Positions 61,441-64,000 of a stretch of 64,000 nt of DNA are shown here, in pieces. The notes under the pieces were generated by a model, which had not been told where the DNA came from, searched no databases, and was given only the letters and a program-made list of their open reading frames with translations. Position numbers and translations under genes: made by a program. The stretch's first letter is position 1. Every line of letters starts with the position of its first letter. The stretch is from a bacterium (GTDB lineage: Bacteria; JADJOY01). Location: contig JAXLQJ010000003.1 of assembly GCA_046331705.1 (NCBI GenBank), positions 214,897-278,896 of the forward strand. The letters run 5' to 3'.

Positions 61441-64000
61441 GTGAAACGAAGCGCGCGCACGCTGGTCTTGTTCACGGGTCTCGTCGTCTGCGGGTCGGTG
61501 CCCGCGGCGGCCTTCGAGATCGCGTCCCAGTCGCATCACTTGGATCGGTTCCGGCTCGAGCCCGCCGAGCCGCTGGTGATCCGCTTCGATCGCTCGCTCG
61601 CACGCGCGTCGGTGGCGAGCGACTCGATTCGGATCCTCTGCACCGATCGCTCCGGGGTGGTACGCGTCGCCGGCACCACCACGCTCGACTCGACCACCGC
61701 CGTCGACGACACGCTGCGCTTCGCGCCGAGCGGAGGTGGCTTCGCGTTCGGGCGGCCACACCGCATCGTTCTCGCGCCCGAGCTGCGCGGAGCCGACGGA
61801 TCCGTGCTCACGGGGGCGCTCCCCCGCGGCGACGTGTTCGTGCCGAACAAGCCGAGCAACCTCTCGGAAGAGCTGCTCGAGGTCTCGAGCGCGCTCATTG
61901 GCTACGACGTGAAGAGCCCCGAGAAGACCGACCCGAACGATCCGCTGCAGATCCCGGGCATCTCCACCACCGAGGCCTGGAAGCGCTCGATCGGCCGTCC
62001 CGACGTGCTGATCGCGGTGCTGGACGACGGGCTCGAGAGTTACGGCTCGCGCTCGTTGCGCGAAAGCCTCTTCCTGAATCGCGGCGAGCTGCCACTGCCG
62101 GCGAACGCCAGCGACTACGACGCGAATCACGACGGCCGATTCAACGCCGACGACTACGCCGGCGACCCGCGCGTCGGCGATCACGACCACGACGGGCGCC
62201 CCGACGCCGAGGACCTCATGACGGCCTTCTCGGACGGCGTCGACGACGACGGCAACGGGCTCGTGGACGACGTGAGCGGCTGGGACTTCTTCCGCAATCG
62301 TCCGCGGGCGCTCGGCGTCCGCGAGTTCCCGGAGGGCACGCACGGTCAGGGACGCGCCGAAGAAGCGGTCGGCGCGCCTGGCGACACCGGTGCCGTGCCG
62401 GGCGGATGCCCGGATTGCTCGCTGCTGATGGTGCGCGTGAGCGACACGATCCTGGTGGAGGGAAATCTGTTCGCGGCCGGCCTGCGCTACGCCACGGCCA
62501 TGGGTGCGCGCGTGGTGCTGGCGGCCGTGGGCGGCGTCGACAATCCGCGGGCGCTCGCCGAGGCCGTGCAGGCGGCGAACGACGCGGGAATGCTGCTGGT
62601 GGTCGCGTCGGGCGACGAGCTGAGCTTCCACCACAACTACCCGGCGGCGTTGCCGGGCACCTATCAGGTGAAGTCGATCTTTCCGCTCCCGTTCGGCGCC
62701 CCACATTACGTGGAGACCTACTGCACGAACTGGGGCGCGCACATGGACGCGGCGGTGAGCTCCAGCAATTGCAGCTCGGAAGCCACCGGCAACACCGTGG
62801 GGCTCTTCGGCGCGCTGCTGTCGCGGGCGCGCGACTTGGGGATCGAGCTCTCGGGCGGCGAGCTGCGGCAGATCCTGAACGGGACCGCCGACGACATCGC
62901 GTCGTCGTGCGTCTCGCTGACCGGCTCGTCCTGCCAGCCCGGCTTCGACGCGCATTTCGGCTACGGTCGCCCGAACGGCCGGCGTGCGATGGACGTCTTG
63001 GGCGATCCGACGCGAGCCGAGCCCGCGCGGATCCCCCCGGCCGTCGAGATTCAGGCACCCGGCTGGTTCGACATCGTCGATCCGCGCGCACGCCCGTCGC
63101 TCGACGTGAGCGGCACGATCGCGGCGCGCGGCCGACCCTTCGACTACGCGCTGGAGGCGGCCACGGGTGTCGAGCCTCGCGACGAGCAGTTCCGCGTGTT
63201 CGCGTCGGGGTCGGGACGCGATGCGTTCGACGGCACCTTCGGCAGCATCGATCTCGCGGCGCTCTTCGGCGGTGCGCCGCCCACGGGCGCGGTGGCGAAG
63301 CCGGACGATCCCACGGTCACGCTCCGCGTCCGGGTCACGGCCGGTGATGGGACGCGGGGCGAGATTCGGCGCGCCGTCGGCGTGCACTCGGACCCCGACG
63401 CGTTGCCGTCGTTTCCCAAGAGCCTCGGCAGCTCCGGCGAGTCGTCGGCCTTGCTGGTGGACCTGGGCGGTGGTCCGCCGGGGCAACTCGACCTGGTGCT
63501 CGCCACCAGCGACGGCTTGGTTCACGCGTTTCGGCGCGATTCGAGCGGTGCCGGATGGAACGAGGCCACGGGCTTTCCCGTCTCGCTTCCGGCGGCGATC
63601 GAAGGCGGCATCACCGACGGCGCGATCGCGTCCGCGGCCTACGGCGATCTCTACGGCGACGGCACGGGCTACGCGATCGTGGTCGCGACGGTGAGCGGCC
63701 GGATCTACGCCATCCACCCGCGCGGCGCCGCGCACCTCGACGCGGCGGGAAAGCCGAGCCCGTTCCTGCCGGGCTTCCCGGTGGAGGCGCTGGCGGGCGA
63801 TCGCTCGAGCTCGCGCGCCTATGCGCACGGCACCGCCTTCATCGCGACGCCCACGCTCGCCGATCTCGACGGCGACGGCTCGCTCGAGATCATCGCCGCG
63901 AGCTTCGACCAGCGGCTCTACGCGTTCCATCCGCGCGACGGCGACGGGGACGGCCGCGCGGACCCCGCCACCGGCTTCCCCGTGCTGCTGCGCAGCGATG
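61441..64000 (+). CDS. Secreted S8-family (subtilisin-like) peptidase, divergent, partial (3' end beyond window)
   Basis: GTG start after an in-frame stop at 61384. Signal peptide VKRSARTLVLFTGLVVCGSVPAAAFE. S8-like motifs IAVLDDGL (Asp), EGTHGQG (His), CSSEATGNTVGLFGALL (Ser region). The frame stays open for more than 2.5 kb to the window end. The C-terminal region is rich in GDG/FG-GAP-like repeats. Confidence 0.6.
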   Translation, partial: MKRSARTLVLFTGLVVCGSVPAAAFEIASQSHHLDRFRLEPAEPLVIRFDRSLARASVASDSIRILCTDRSGVVRVAGTTTLDSTTAVDDTLRFAPSGGGFAFGRPHRIVLAPELRGADGSVLTGALPRGDVFVPNKPSNLSEELLEVSSALIGYDVKSPEKTDPNDPLQIPGISTTEAWKRSIGRPDVLIAVLDDGLESYGSRSLRESLFLNRGELPLPANASDYDANHDGRFNADDYAGDPRVGDHDHDGRPDAEDLMTAFSDGVDDDGNGLVDDVSGWDFFRNRPRALGVREFPEGTHGQGRAEEAVGAPGDTGAVPGGCPDCSLLMVRVSDTILVEGNLFAAGLRYATAMGARVVLAAVGGVDNPRALAEAVQAANDAGMLLVVASGDELSFHHNYPAALPGTYQVKSIFPLPFGAPHYVETYCTNWGAHMDAAVSSSNCSSEATGNTVGLFGALLSRARDLGIELSGGELRQILNGTADDIASSCVSLTGSSCQPGFDAHFGYGRPNGRRAMDVLGDPTRAEPARIPPAVEIQAPGWFDIVDPRARPSLDVSGTIAARGRPFDYALEAATGVEPRDEQFRVFASGSGRDAFDGTFGSIDLAALFGGAPPTGAVAKPDDPTVTLRVRVTAGDGTRGEIRRAVGVHSDPDALPSFPKSLGSSGESSALLVDLGGGPPGQLDLVLATSDGLVHAFRRDSSGAGWNEATGFPVSLPAAIEGGITDGAIASAAYGDLYGDGTGYAIVVATVSGRIYAIHPRGAAHLDAAGKPSPFLPGFPVEALAGDRSSSRAYAHGTAFIATPTLADLDGDGSLEIIAASFDQRLYAFHPRDGDGDGRADPATGFPVLLRSD

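Noticed and set aside
59884-63930. 1348-aa minus-strand ORF
   Set aside because: It is antisense to the Rieske, small-ORF and S8 peptidase genes. The translation is Arg/Ala/Gly-rich with no domains. The plus-strand frame carries a signal peptide and S8 motifs.

Overview
This 64 kb window is chromosomal DNA of very high GC content (about 72%), with GC3-rich codon usage and many long spurious antisense ORFs. A subtilisin carries tandem Myxococcus-type cysteine-rich repeats, which points to a Myxococcota-like organism, and the gene content suggests a facultative anaerobe. I see no rRNA, tRNA, CRISPR array or mobile element.

The window is densely coding, with about 50 genes:
- **Anaerobic redox:** a pyruvate:ferredoxin oxidoreductase (nifJ/por) followed by a dihydroorotate-dehydrogenase-like gene; a GltD/SudA-like oxidoreductase; a GlpA-like FAD oxidoreductase, pyridine-nucleotide oxidoreductase and DUF1667 triad.
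- **Stress module:** a universal stress protein next to an aminoglycoside-phosphotransferase/P-loop kinase fusion, with a divergent PAS histidine kinase.
- **Regulators:** a GAF histidine kinase and two sigma-54-dependent response regulators.
- **Hydrogenase locus:** a complete four-subunit group 3b (sulfhydrogenase-type) [NiFe]-hydrogenase operon (beta, gamma, delta, alpha). The alpha subunit is fused in-frame to a maturation-endopeptidase-like domain. hypF follows, and an NtrC-family regulator is divergent upstream.
- **Coupled hydrolase operon:** MBL hydrolase, pentapeptide-repeat protein, MBL hydrolase and esterase, joined by start/stop overlaps.
- **Iron uptake:** fur, feoA, feoA, feoB and a small FeoB-associated Cys-rich peptide.
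- **Housekeeping:** adenosine deaminase, an IMPase-family phosphatase, a SIR2 deacetylase and a SAM methyltransferase.
- **Candidate novel system (about 52.6 to 64 kb):** two different B12-binding radical SAM enzymes, a LolCDE-like ABC exporter (two FtsX permeases plus ATPase), an ICMT-family membrane methyltransferase, a Rieske protein, a 61-aa acidic ORF and a secreted S8 peptidase.

I also report several conspicuous repeats and palindromes in intergenic regions. Gene starts were refined from the ORF track by homology-based N-terminus trimming and start/stop overlap patterns. Coordinates of non-coding motifs may be off by 1-2 nt.
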